From Chrysomallon squamiferum (taxonomy: Eukaryota > Animalia > Mollusca): 64,000 bases of DNA. Position 1 is the first letter of the stretch. Each line of letters starts with the position of its first letter. Location of the stretch: NCBI GenBank assembly GCA_012295275.1, contig CM022671.1, forward strand, positions 4,402,001-4,466,000. The letters run 5' to 3'. The translations under genes and the position numbers were made by a program. The notes beneath the pieces were generated by a model. That model searched no databases. It was not told where the DNA came from and was given only the letters and a program-made list of their open reading frames with translations. Below are positions 12,589 through 26,059 of this stretch, piece by piece.

Positions 12589-13197
12589 CAATAAAATCAA
12601 ACTAAAAAACAAACATAAAACAAAACAAACAAAATAAAAACAACAAAAAACCCACACAAAACAACAACATAAAGTTAAGCGTTCTTATTTATATATAACT
12701 AAATTTTTTTCCTTTGGCAGAGTTATCTGTTCATCTAACGTGCATGTAAAGGCGTTCTTCAACACCCTCGCACATTTGTCTGCTAAAAATAAAAAATAAA
12801 AACAAAATTTCAAAAGAACAGGGCATTAACCTGGGCGACCAAAACTCCTTTTCCATTGAAATGTTTAACACCCATCAGGCTTATGTTTCTAGTTCAGGAC
12901 CTTTGAGAAATAGTCAAAAATATCAGGTGTTATATTTGTCTGAAGTTTTAACACGTAAGAAGGTGTGGGAGAATAGAGACAGTTTGTGAAGGGAATAAAA
13001 ATAATAAGGTGTAAATCTGATTTCAAATCATACAGGTGTATTTTTATCATTTTTTTGATCAATATGTGGAATTTTGGGATAACAGATTTTTAGTGATGTG
13101 TGTGTGTGTGTGTACGTTAAATTTCCAAAATAGAATTTTTGCGAAGATGAATAACATTTACGAAAACAAAACTAAATTCTAAAAGGAATTAAGAGAG

Positions 13198-13279
<82 letters not shown>

Positions 13280-14678
13280 GAAATAAAACATCCCCGAAAC
13301 ACCAATATCAACAACAAACAACCGAAAAGACTAGACATTTGTTAAATTATATAAAATAAAACCAAAAGCTGAAAGAAATGATATTTAATCAAAGTAATGT
13401 GAATGAAATTTTTGTATCTACATTTATTCTGTATGTATAACAGAATTAATTAAGACCTTTTTATTCTTTATTAAAAATGTTAATTAATGATGACTTTAAA
13501 TAAGATAAGTTTAAAAGTAAAAATAGAGTAAAATAAATAAATAAAATAAAATAAAATTCAAACAAAATAAAATAAAATAAAATAAAATAAAACAATTTAA
13601 AATAAAATAAAATAAAATAAAATAAATATAAAACAAAATAAAATAAATAAAGACGGACAGAAAGGAAGAAAGAACAACTATCAAATTCTTTATTTAAAAT
13701 GTAAATCGACTTTGTAAATGGTGAAGTAAACAGTTCAGAAAATCTAATAGTGCTCGTTCAGTGCAGATTCCAGGATAAGCTATCAGTTTGATAAATAAAC
13801 TGACATCTTCTGTTTGTTCGCAGGAAACAGAACTACCGTAACGGAGATACGTTTGTGTAACTTTGTAACGAAAACCCACGTATATCGGAAACAGGACACT
13901 CCGAGATCAATGGAGGAAATTAAGAACTAATTTGTCGACCCAGTCTTTCGAAATTTTGTCCTCATTTTTGTGTTCATGTGAACGTGTAGCCTAAATAAAT
14001 GTTGTATACTTTTAAATGAAACTTCTGTTTGTTTCTTTTTGAAACTATATCTTCAAAAGAATGTTTAAGTTTATTTATGGTTAAAAAGTGTACTTGTGAA
14101 AAGCAGGCTTAAATAAATTTTGTGGACTTTTAAAATTACCGGGGCTTTTTTGTTTTGTTTTGTTGTGGTTTTTTTGTTGGTTTTTTTGTTGTTGTTATTT
14201 ATTTATTTATTTGTTTTATTGTTAAAATGTTCTTCCAAACATAATTTAAATCTAAAATTCATTTTATATATTTCAAATTATTTCTTCTTTTTTTTTTCTT
14301 CTTGTTAAAATGTAGCTATTTCTGTATGCTAAGATAAATTGAAGTCTAAATATATTTTGAATGTTTGTTTTAAAAGTTGTTTACATGAAGTAGAACAAAA
14401 ATATTAAATGAATGCCATATCATTCAAAAATTTATTCTGTTTGAACAATAGCAACAACAACTGCAGTAGTAGTAGTAATGGTAGTAACAGTAGCAACAAT
14501 AAAAACAGCAGCAACAACAATAATAACAAAATAATAAATAAATAAACTTAGAGAATATTTTTGCCAGTGACTTCGGAATCTTATTTATTTAGCTATATTA
14601 CCTTCGTTTCTTGTTTCTGTTTTACTTACATACTTTTTTTTCTTCTTTGTATCATGTGTGTATAAGAAATTTAAAACA

Positions 14679-14723
<45 letters not shown>

Positions 14724-15184
14724 AGAGGAAGAAAACAACAACAACTATTTTGCTTGAAATATCATGGAACTAAAATTATAATTATTATCATATTTTAATT
14801 TTAGTAAAGACGGATTTCTTATTTTATTTTGTTTTGTTTTATTTATTTATTTATTCATTTATTTATTTTAAAATAAAATATGGCAAGAAACAAAATATAT
14901 ATTAAACTGAGAACATAACATCAGGCTAAAATTAAACACAAATCACATCACACAAATATAACATATAAAAAAAAAAAAAAAAATATCTGTGCAGCATTGA
15001 GCCCAAAATGGAATCAAACATTTTCCCTGCATCGTGTTTTGTGAGACTGAAATTTAACAAAACATCGCGTTCATTGGCACCTACATGTTTTCTTTTGACC
15101 ATAAGTGTCAGCTAACAATCACCTGAAATTTCTGATTCAAACTTTTCTACAAACGTTCATGTACGGCGGATGTTTTCTGTGTAC

Positions 15185-15460
15185 GTAAGTTGTAGATAGA
15201 CAGAACATTCTGGTTAGAAAGATCAAGTAAAGCCTGGGAGAATGCAGGATCGATTCTGCTCGGTTGCCATCAAGATTATTTTCCGTTCCATTCAGTGACT
15301 GTTTTATTATTTGTGTTATCGTTTATGGGAAGGTTCGTATAAAAACAAATCTACTTGTTGCTGACTGGAAAAACTATCGCGATTTATATTTTATTTAGGA
15401 TATGAAAATAACTTTTATGTCTGAGGCCCAATAATTGTCAGTATTAAAATGTGTTGTCAT
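15185..15460 (+). mobile_element. Decayed tRNA-derived SINE, near full length
   Basis: B-box-like GGATCGATTC. The core TATGGGAAGGTTCGTATAAAA...TACTTGTTGCTGA is shared with the copies at 33.1 and 39.5 kb. From memory it resembles the molluscan Meta-domain SINE core; not checked against a database. Confidence 0.6.
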
Positions 15461-15636
15461 ACAACTGAGAGATATTTCTTTATTAATTCATGTACTGACC
15501 TCTGAAAGTATATTAAATAAAAGTATAATACATGTATATTACGTAATGCAAGATATTTAAATATTCAAATGGTATTCTATGATGACATTTCTGAAAATGT
15601 TTCTCTTTATCTCTTTCCCTCTCTCTCTGTCTGTAT

Positions 15637-15717
<81 letters not shown>

Positions 15718-15879
15718 CTCTCTCTCTCTCTGTATCATTGTGTGTATGTATTTATCTTTCGTAACACCAGCATTAATGAAATTTAAACGTGTATGCAAGG
15801 CAAAGTAAAACCATGAAAGAACAGAAGAAATATTAACTGTTTATTTTACCTACAGCGTTTACAAACTCTGGGTGTAAAG

Positions 15880-16685
15880 AAGGTTACAAGACAGATATTT
15901 TTTTTTAATTTAAGGTCAGCAAACTGAAAATATCTTTTTATTTCTCAGCTGCAGAATTTACAGCAAATCCGAGCTGAGCTCAAAAACATAGATAAAAAAA
16001 TGTGTATAAATGGAATCTTTAGTTTATATCGATCTACTCGTATTGTTTTGTGGTTTCTTGAGTTAAACAAAACGTGCATTCAAATCTATGTTTGCAGGAT
16101 TTTGTTTTAAACTTGAACTTACAGATCAGTTTGATTCCAAACCTAACCTACATCTATCCCACAATTCTGTTGTTCTTGGCATCCATTAAAAAAAAACAAG
16201 TACAAATATACTGATGGATGTGAGATTGGCTGCGGAATAGTGAAAAAGTTATCTACGTCACCCATATTGGTGTGCTCAAGGGCAGACAAACAGTCCACGT
16301 ATAAATACATACAAATACCTATCCAACTGTCTTTCATCATCCATCCATCCATCCTTCCTTCTGTCTGTCCGTTTATCAATTATTCAGTGAGATGTATATG
16401 TTTGTCTTTCAGTCAGTTTTGAATGTTGTTTTACGTTGCTGTTGTCGTTAAGTTGATAGCTTTGAAAAGTAAATATTGAATGCAATTTAATTAACAGTAA
16501 TGATCATAATGATAATGATGATGATGATGATAATAATGATAATAATAAAGTGTAAAGGACTAAACTGAATATGTTGAAAGAAAAAAATCATAAAAATAAA
16601 AAGTCAATGTTAAACATGGAGCGATATCTACAAAATAAATATATTAACACTAAATTAAAGTAACCTAACTAATTAATTAATCAAA

Positions 16686-16736
<51 letters not shown>

Positions 16737-17390
16737 ATATTAAACAAAAACAATAACAAACTTGTATGGCTATCAGGCTTGCTCAATTTTTTTTTTTTAA
16801 TTTTTTTTTGGTCCTCTCTTATATGAAGAAACAATCTAGTAAAAAAAAAAAAATAAAATATAAATAAAAAAAAATTAATTAAAAAAATTTAACAATAGCC
16901 AACACTCCACCAATCAACATAACCAAGCCATCATCAGACTAGCGCCATCTTCTTTCATTTTATTTGTAGAGGTCAGTACTATTTATCTGCCCTTGAAGAT
17001 CACCAATACGGGTGACGTAGATAACATTTTTACGATTCCCTAGCCAATCTGACATCCATCAGTATATTTGTATTTTTGATTTTTTTTTTAAGTGGATGCC
17101 AAGAACAATAGAATTGTGGGAGAGATTAAGATTAGGGTTGGATTTAAACTGATCTATAAGTTCAAGTTTGAAACAAAATCCTGCAAACATAGATCAGATA
17201 CATGTTTTATTTAAAAGTCTACAGAATAAAGCTAAGATGGGTAGTAGACAGAAACTAAAGATATACATAAAAGTATATTTTGTATTATTTTTGACCAACT
17301 TGGATCAGGAGTAAATTCTCCAGTTCAGAAATAAAATAACTATTTTTTTGTTTTGTGGCCTTAAATAAAAATAACTACTTTGTAAAAAAC
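15880..17390. repeat. Inverted duplication IR1: arms ~15880-16295 and ~16975-17390, spacer ~680 bp
   Basis: GTTATCTACGTCACCCATATTGGTG (16248-16272) matches the reverse complement of CACCAATACGGGTGACGTAGATAAC (17001-17025). ATCTATGTTTGCAGGATTTTGTTT (16084) matches AAACAAAATCCTGCAAACATAGAT (17171). Confidence 0.92.
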
Positions 17391-17658
17391 AGAAATAACA
17401 AAAAAATCAAAAAAAAAATCCCCAAAAAAAAAAAAAAAAAAATAACAAAAACAATAAAAACAAACAATAAAAAAAAAAAAAAAAAAAAAGGACTTTACAC
17501 AGAATAAAGAGTTCATTCTTTTTAAAAATAAAAACATAAGGCATAGACACATACGGGAAGGAAACACAAATACGAATTCAATTGAAACATATATTGTTTA
17601 TATTAATATTTTTAAAAAATGCAGACGCAGATACACACACGTAGACAGACAGACAGAC

Positions 17659-17771
<113 letters not shown>

Positions 17772-17871
17772 AAAATAAATAAGTAACAATATAGAAAACA
17801 AAATTATCACCCCCCGCAAGCCCAACCACAAACATAAATAACAACAACAACAACAATAATCATAAACAAAC

Positions 17872-17919
<48 letters not shown>

Positions 17920-18145
17920 GATAAAGAAAGAAAAACTACACTCCAAAACAAAACAAAAACAAATAAGTAAAACTAATAATAATAAAGAAAAAGGCTTTGA
18001 AATTGAACAAGTTTATTCTCCGATTCCAAAAATGTACAAATCTCGGTTATTTATCTCGGACACCAGACGACTTTTGCAACAACTCGGAAAATTCACATGT
18101 CCAGCGAACAAACAACTCGGCTCCTGCCTCGCTTCGATTAATTCC

Positions 18146-18336
18146 TTTTTCGTGTAGATATAAAAATCTGGCTCTCTGCGGAAAATGGAGGAAAGTGTGT
18201 ACACAGAAGATACTGCCGCCATTGGCAGATGTAGAGACGTATGTGTGATGAACTTTTGCTTGAAGTACTCTGCAATTGATCGAGTTTTTCTAAAAGTTTT
18301 AAGTCCTTCCAGAAAAAAGGATTAGAAAATACCAAG
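18146..18336 (+). promoter_or_regulatory. Orphan TATA core promoter with candidate first exon
   Basis: TATAAAA at 18159 in a context similar to the deacetylase TATA box; donor-like AAG|GTAAAA at 18337. Confidence 0.35.
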
Positions 18337-18897
18337 GTAAAAAAAAAAAAATAATAATAAATAACAATAATTAAAAAAATATATAAATAATAATAATAAT
18401 AATAAAAAAAAAATTATGTTCTTAAAATGTTTTTGTGTTTTATAGTCATGTAAGAAAATTATATAAAATTTACAATTCAAAATAATTTTCACAAGATTCC
18501 TATAAAATAATATAAAATCAAATTTAAATATATTTTTTTTTTTTGCGAAAAATCTCTCTCTCTCTCGCTCGCTCCATCTCTCAGCTTTTAAGGCATTTCT
18601 ATATTATTTATATTTCGAAAATAAATGCTAATGTTAATATTGTTATTATTACTATTACTACTACTACTTACTGCATTTACATCTACTACTACTACTACTA
18701 CTACGACTATTAATACTGCTGTTACTACCATTACAGCTGCTACTGCAAGTAATCCCTATTAATAATGTAACGATAAAGTAAAAAACAACAACAGAAAAAA
18801 AACCCAATAAAATAAAATAAAAAAACACGAAAACAAAAGCAAATACCATTAAGATGATGATAACAATAACAACAACGACAATAGCAACAGCAACAAC

Positions 18898-18943
<46 letters not shown>

Positions 18944-19920
18944 AAAGAAAAAAACGTAGGTAAAGAAAAAAACTCTTGATTCTCAAACTTTGTAAACGTT
19001 GCAAAACAACGTCATCGAAAAATTATACACAACTAACACATGGTACGCACGGACTTTGTGCACATTCAGCTGAATATCAACACCGTGTACAACGCCTTCA
19101 CGAAGTCATATTGACCATAAGGGAAGGTGTTTACATGCTTAGTTAGGTTGTATTGCAAGGCGCATGCAGAACGTGCCAGTATGAGCATTTTTTTTTAGTC
19201 TTGTTATAGCAACTGCAAAACAGCCAAAGCCTTGCATATAGATAAATATTTAAAATACTTTGACCTTTGTTGTATGCCTTAATTTTTTTTACGTGTCACT
19301 CTAAGAAGTAGACAAAACGTAGAAAAAAAAAAAAAAAAAAAAAAAAAATAATAATAAAAAAAAAAAAAAAAAAAAAAAGAATAAATCAATATTAAAACAA
19401 TACACTATAAACTGTCACTGACGACAAGCTGTCCACATTCCGGACATCGTCCGGTGAAGTGACGTCACGCTAAACATATATTCCTCGGACACAGACAAAC
19501 ACAGTGATGTGCTAACGAACTATCACAACAGTCTTGGACAAACAGGATTAAGAGATAAACACAGGATTAAGAGATAAACTCCAGTGTTTCGATATACACA
19601 CAGATAACAAATGTGGTTTAATGGGGGTTAGAGTGCATGCTTGCTATTATTACTAAAGTATTTTTTTTTTTTAAATTATAGTTACCTCATCTGTGAATGT
19701 GTGTCGAGTAGTGCGTGTGAGTGTGTGTGTGTGTGTGTAGTATGTGCGTAAGTGTGTCTGTGTCTGGGTGCATGTATATGTATGTGTGTGTATGGATCAA
19801 GCAGTCTATCTATCTTCTATCTATCCATCCATCCATCCATCCATCCATCCATCCATCTATCTGTCTATCTATCTATCTATCTATCTTCTATCTATCCATC
19901 TATCCATCTATCTATGTATA

Positions 19921-19984
<64 letters not shown>

Positions 19985-20018
19985 AGTCTATTAGTCTATC
20001 AATCTATCAATATATCTG

Positions 20019-20049
<31 letters not shown>

Positions 20050-20614
20050 TTGTGCGTGTGTTTCTTTCTTAGTGTGAATATTTTTTACTAATTGTCAAAA
20101 TGTAAAAATCACTCCTCACTCTTTCCCTAATCATCTAACACACGAACACTAACACAGTTTTGGGCAAACAATTCATTATCCTAATATACGTGCCCAGCAC
20201 AGGCGTACCTGAACCCTCTGTACCAGCAAGGATGTATCAGACAAACACTCCACCTGCTCACAACAAAGACTTCACTTCGCCAAGTCCGGTAAAAATGAAT
20301 TTTGTTTCGACTCGCGGTCGCTCTGCAAACAAAACATTTTAAAAGCTCGTTTTTTACTTCATGTGAATAATCTCCGTGATTTTCACAGATCTTGGGCTTA
20401 ACACTGACAGGTTTCTCCGTCAACTCTGGGGTAATCCTGGATAAACAGGTTTTATGAACTTCACAGCAAAAAACGGATCGAGTGGCGTAGTCGTTTCACG
20501 CGTTATGGTTAGAATGGGCGATTATTCAAAAAACAAAGAGAAAACTAGCGTCATGTTATTTGTCTCAGTTTTCTTAATTAACTGTCCTTTGTTACTGTGT
20601 GTATATCTCTTGTT

Positions 20615-20695
<81 letters not shown>

Positions 20696-21168
20696 CTATA
20701 TATCTCTGTCTGTATCTCACTCAATCAACTATTTGCAGTAAAAACAAATTATTTTCAGACACATTACGAAAACACGATTAAAAAATCTTTCAAGAATGTC
20801 AAACTACATTGAGAAAACAAAATGCAAATATAACACTACTTCTCAAAACAAATTAAAATCGTCAAAATTACATTTGTTTTATTTTCTTTTTTAAAATCGT
20901 TATAAATATTTCTCACTTTTATCTTTAAAAATTTAATTTAAAAAAAAAAAAAATAATAATGAGAAAGTAAATGACTCAAGCTGTCAAACTGACAGAAGTA
21001 CAAATTTACACTGAAAAATATTTTTTGGAAATTTTATTTATTTTTCGCGTGAAAATGTCTTCAGTTGTATTCTTGTATTGAAACAGATGCAGGAGAGAAT
21101 CCAGCGAGATGGATAAGGAGAATTTTGAAACAGAAACACACACACACACACACACACAAAAACACACA

Positions 21169-21243
<75 letters not shown>

Positions 21244-21440
21244 ACACAAACACACACACACACACACCCACACACCGCACACACACACACTCATACACAG
21301 ACACACACACACACTCACACACACATACACACACACATACACACACACACACACGCTTGCACGCATACAAGTTACCGAATAATTAAAAAATGTGTATGAT
21401 TATAACTGCCTTACATTCTGCCTCTTAGTCTGTCTGTCTG

Positions 21441-21560
<120 letters not shown>

Positions 21561-22525
21561 AAACCAAAATTTTCTTCCAGATGTCCTTAAAGAGAAATTA
21601 AATATTTCATTAATCAAGGCAGCCTGTTTCCCTCTTAAAAATATCTTGGAACCGTCCCTGAGATAGAAATATTCTTCTCATTATTTGCAAGAGACTGGTG
21701 TTTATTGCACCGAAAGCCGTCGTCAGCAGGTTCATTTGTACCAGATTAAAAAAAAAAAAAAAAAAAAAATGTAACAAGTGCAGTTGTTTGAATTGTTTTA
21801 TTTTGTCGATGAAAAAGAGAAAACGTTACATTGGTGACTGGCAGTCCGGAGTCGAGTCCCGGCTCGCCTGTTACCGCATCATTTTATTTTCGTATTTTAA
21901 ATTCTTTAATACGTATTAATTCTTTTTTTTTAAATTTTAAATATTTTTTTATTATTTTTTTTTATTTGTGTGTGTGTTTAATATTTAAAATATGTAAAAA
22001 AAAAAAAAAAAAAAAATGATAGTTATTATTTTATTTTTAAATTTTTAATCTTTTAGACTTCTAATATATTAATTTTTATATTTTTTAATTTTTAATTTTA
22101 ATCGTATCTATATATAATACTAGTATGCAAGATTTTATATATATATATTTTTAATCTTATGATGTAATAGTATTTATTTTTAATAGTACTGGGTTTTATT
22201 TCTATTTTTAATCCGGTTAAAGAATGTAATATTTGTATATAACATTCCAATTATAAAATGTGGAACTATTTTAAATTTTACTACATCTAGATATGGAGAT
22301 GTTTATGGAAATTATCAAAAATAATTTTATCCCACCAACCCCCTGTCCCCAAAAAGAACATAGAGGGAGAAAGAGATACGTATAGACAGAGATAAAGATA
22401 TACATATAAGCAAAAACAAATAAATAAAGATAGAAATAATGAGATAGACACAGATAAAGAAAGAAATATGTATATACACACAAACACATATGTGTGTGTA
22501 TATATATATATATATATGGATATGT

Positions 22526-22656
<131 letters not shown>

Positions 22657-23207
22657 AGAAAAGGCCCTTGTTTCTTTTTCACTGACTGCCTATTACAAAC
22701 AAATAAATACAATCAACAGAAACAAATAAACAGTCAGTGTTTGAACCTATCATTAATGTGCTTTTATAAGAAAAAAAAATTAGACAATAAAAAAAAGAAA
22801 AAAAAAAGAACAAAGTTATCGTTCCTGCCTCACTCTCACTTCAAGGAAGTTAAAAATGTAAGTTTGATATGGCATGTCCTTGTCAAATATATATTTGGAT
22901 TCTTTTTTCATTAGGAAAGCAAACAGCAAGTTCTACAAACAAATATTATTTTGTCGTGCCTAAGAGTTCTTTTTAATGTTTAACTGTTACCAACATCTGC
23001 ATGAAAAACTGTTCTAATCGAGGCCAAGCAAAAAACGTTTTTGTCTCAGTTCATTTGACTTTAGATTTTACCATTCAAATTTTGTCCTGTAACCGTCCCT
23101 CTGTCTCGTTTCTATCTATATTTCTTTCTTTCTTTGTTTTTATTTGTTTGTCTGTTTGTCTGTCTATCAAACTATCTCTCTGTCGGTTTTTTGTTTCTGT
23201 ATCTCGG

Positions 23208-23260
<53 letters not shown>

Positions 23261-23290
23261 CTTATTCTCTTATCTCTTTTATTCTAACAA

Positions 23291-23337
<47 letters not shown>

Positions 23338-23696
23338 GTGTGTCTGTCTGTCTGTCTGTCTCTCTGTTTATAACTGTACTGGGTTACTACATCTCAAATT
23401 AAGAAGATTAAAAGTAATGAAACGATTTGCTCTAATTTTAGATTCAGACTGTTTATTTTGAAACTACAACTTTCTTTCAGATCCGATTAAAATTTCAGGA
23501 ATGACGAATCATTTATCAGATATGTTTTTATTTTAAATATTTAATTTGTAATATATTTAAGTGCAAGTGTCCTCCGAAACCAATATGCTAATACACTTAG
23601 GAAAGAAAGAAGAGAAACAAACGAGAGGGTCAAAAATATGTGTGAGAGAGAGATGCGAGCAGAGATAGATAGATAGATAGTTAGAGAAAGAAAGAG

Positions 23697-23771
<75 letters not shown>

Positions 23772-23855
23772 AAGATATAAGAGAAAGAAAAGAATTCATA
23801 ATTTCATTCTTTCTTTTATTCGATGATGATTTTCTTCTTTTAAAGAAACAATCAA

Positions 23856-23891
<36 letters not shown>

Positions 23892-23914
23892 GATTCAGAA
23901 CAAAAATCTCCGTC

Positions 23915-23956
<42 letters not shown>

Positions 23957-24466
23957 AAAGGAAAAGAACACGTCGAGGTAGTTGCTCATCAAATCCAGCA
24001 GGAAGGAAGCCGCCGTCGTTGTTGTAACCAAAACTGTCCACGACCCTCCAGAAATATGACACTGGTTTTAGCAGCGGGACGAGAAGGGCGGAGGGGCAGA
24101 TAACTCGCAATGCGTCACCTGCCTGCTACGTCTGAGAAATTCGACTCGGCGAAAACGAGGCAGTATCATCTGTTGGCTGAGAGGCAATGAAGACGCCATT
24201 TTCCTGTTCTCACTATGTGAGATGTGTTGTCTGTGAGATTAAATGTCAAGTCACAGTTGTCCGGCACACATTCGAGATTTCAACACGGAACAAAACTTTT
24301 AACACGATGCGTCGTTCCGCCATTTTGAAAATTCCAATGGGGGGGGGGAAAAAAATGGAGACCTTGTTTGAAGGTTGAAAGAGCTTGAATTTGGTCTTTT
24401 TTTTTTTTTTTTCATTTCATTTTTTTTTTTTAAACGCCAGCCAGTAATATCAAAAATAACACAAAA

Positions 24467-24505
<39 letters not shown>

Positions 24506-25294
24506 CACACACACACACACACATACACACGTAATCACTAAATAGTGTCATATTATGATAATTTGGTAAACATTTTACATTTTCAGGCACTGATAAAAAT
24601 AATATAGCTTTCTGACAAATTACTTGTTATTTACATATATATCTATTGTTCAAAAATACTAATTTAATGTTTAATTGCTGATTTAAATCATAAAACCATT
24701 GTGAGAAAGGTTTTCACTTAAAAAATAACAAATAAAAAGAGAAAGGGAGGGAGAGAGATGTATGAATGGATACACATACACAAAGATTTACAAACATCAT
24801 ACATTATATTAGAAAATTACAAAAACAACAACAATAAAATTATACAGCAAAACAATTGATTCTTCTTGTTTAGTCTAACATTTTACTTCATTTTAAAATA
24901 TTATTTACAGTAATATGGGACATTTGCTAAACAAGAAACTTATAAATTAATAAATAAATAAATAAATAAAACAACTGAACGAGTCATGGTGATCACTATA
25001 GAATTTTAAAAAGTTTTTAATTTAACTATAAATAAAAATAAAACAACATATACATTGCAATACAAGAACTAAATTCTTATAAAAAAATATAATCAATGTG
25101 TAATTCAACTGTTGTTCACAAAATTTATTTCGTAAATTAAATTATTAAAGTAACTACTGTCGCATAACTATTGGTATTTTTTAATTTTAATTCGATACTG
25201 CACCGATATTAAATTATAAACTATTAAAAATCGTGTCTAGTTTAAGGTTTGGGTTTCTGAGCGAGATCTGTTTGAAATAATTAATTTATTATTA

Positions 25295-25325
<31 letters not shown>

Positions 25326-25942
25326 TTTATTTAATTTTAATCAGGAGAGCAAACGGGAAAGCCTTTTATAAATTTTTATATTTAAATTCACAACAGAAAG
25401 ATTTTCAAATGGTGCAAAACGTAGTCTTCGCTTACAGAAAAAAAATCCGTATGAAAATTTTCCGAATAAAGTACATTTTTACCAAAGGAATATTGAGTTT
25501 AATCAAAAGATCAGTTACAAATTTACTTTAATCTTCTATTTTTTCCAAAGAAAATATTTCAAAACAAATAACCTGGACTGTGGTTGTAGTTTACCGTGAT
25601 ATGCCGCAAAAGTGCGGTTTCGGCCAATGTAAACCCGTGAAGTACCGCTCTGGTGCCAAGTCTTTGACAGAACTAGCTCTGAAATGTATTAATGGATTTT
25701 AAAACGTGAGATGTTGCCATGGAAATCGTTTTCGTCAATTTGAAGTGGGATTGAAGTCTTATGCTGCTTGTTACCATGGTAATTCTTTGAGCCTGGAATC
25801 TGGATAATATGTTTAATACTTTAATAACCAAGTGCGACCCCGAAAAGTTTTTTCTTTTCCGTGTCCAAAACAAATAAAAACCGTGCCACATAATTTTATA
25901 TACAAACAAACTAATCTATCATTTCATATCTGTGTTAACGGA

Positions 25943-26033
<91 letters not shown>

Positions 26034-26059
26034 TCACTCTGTCTTTCTCTCGCACGCAC

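Noticed and set aside
17997-20741. Short non-repetitive ORFs (17997..18248, 20160..20342, 20181..20423; likewise 36847..37170, 37916..38125, 52323..52620)
   Set aside because: No domain similarity, codon bias or consistent splice-phase chain; better explained as regulatory islands.
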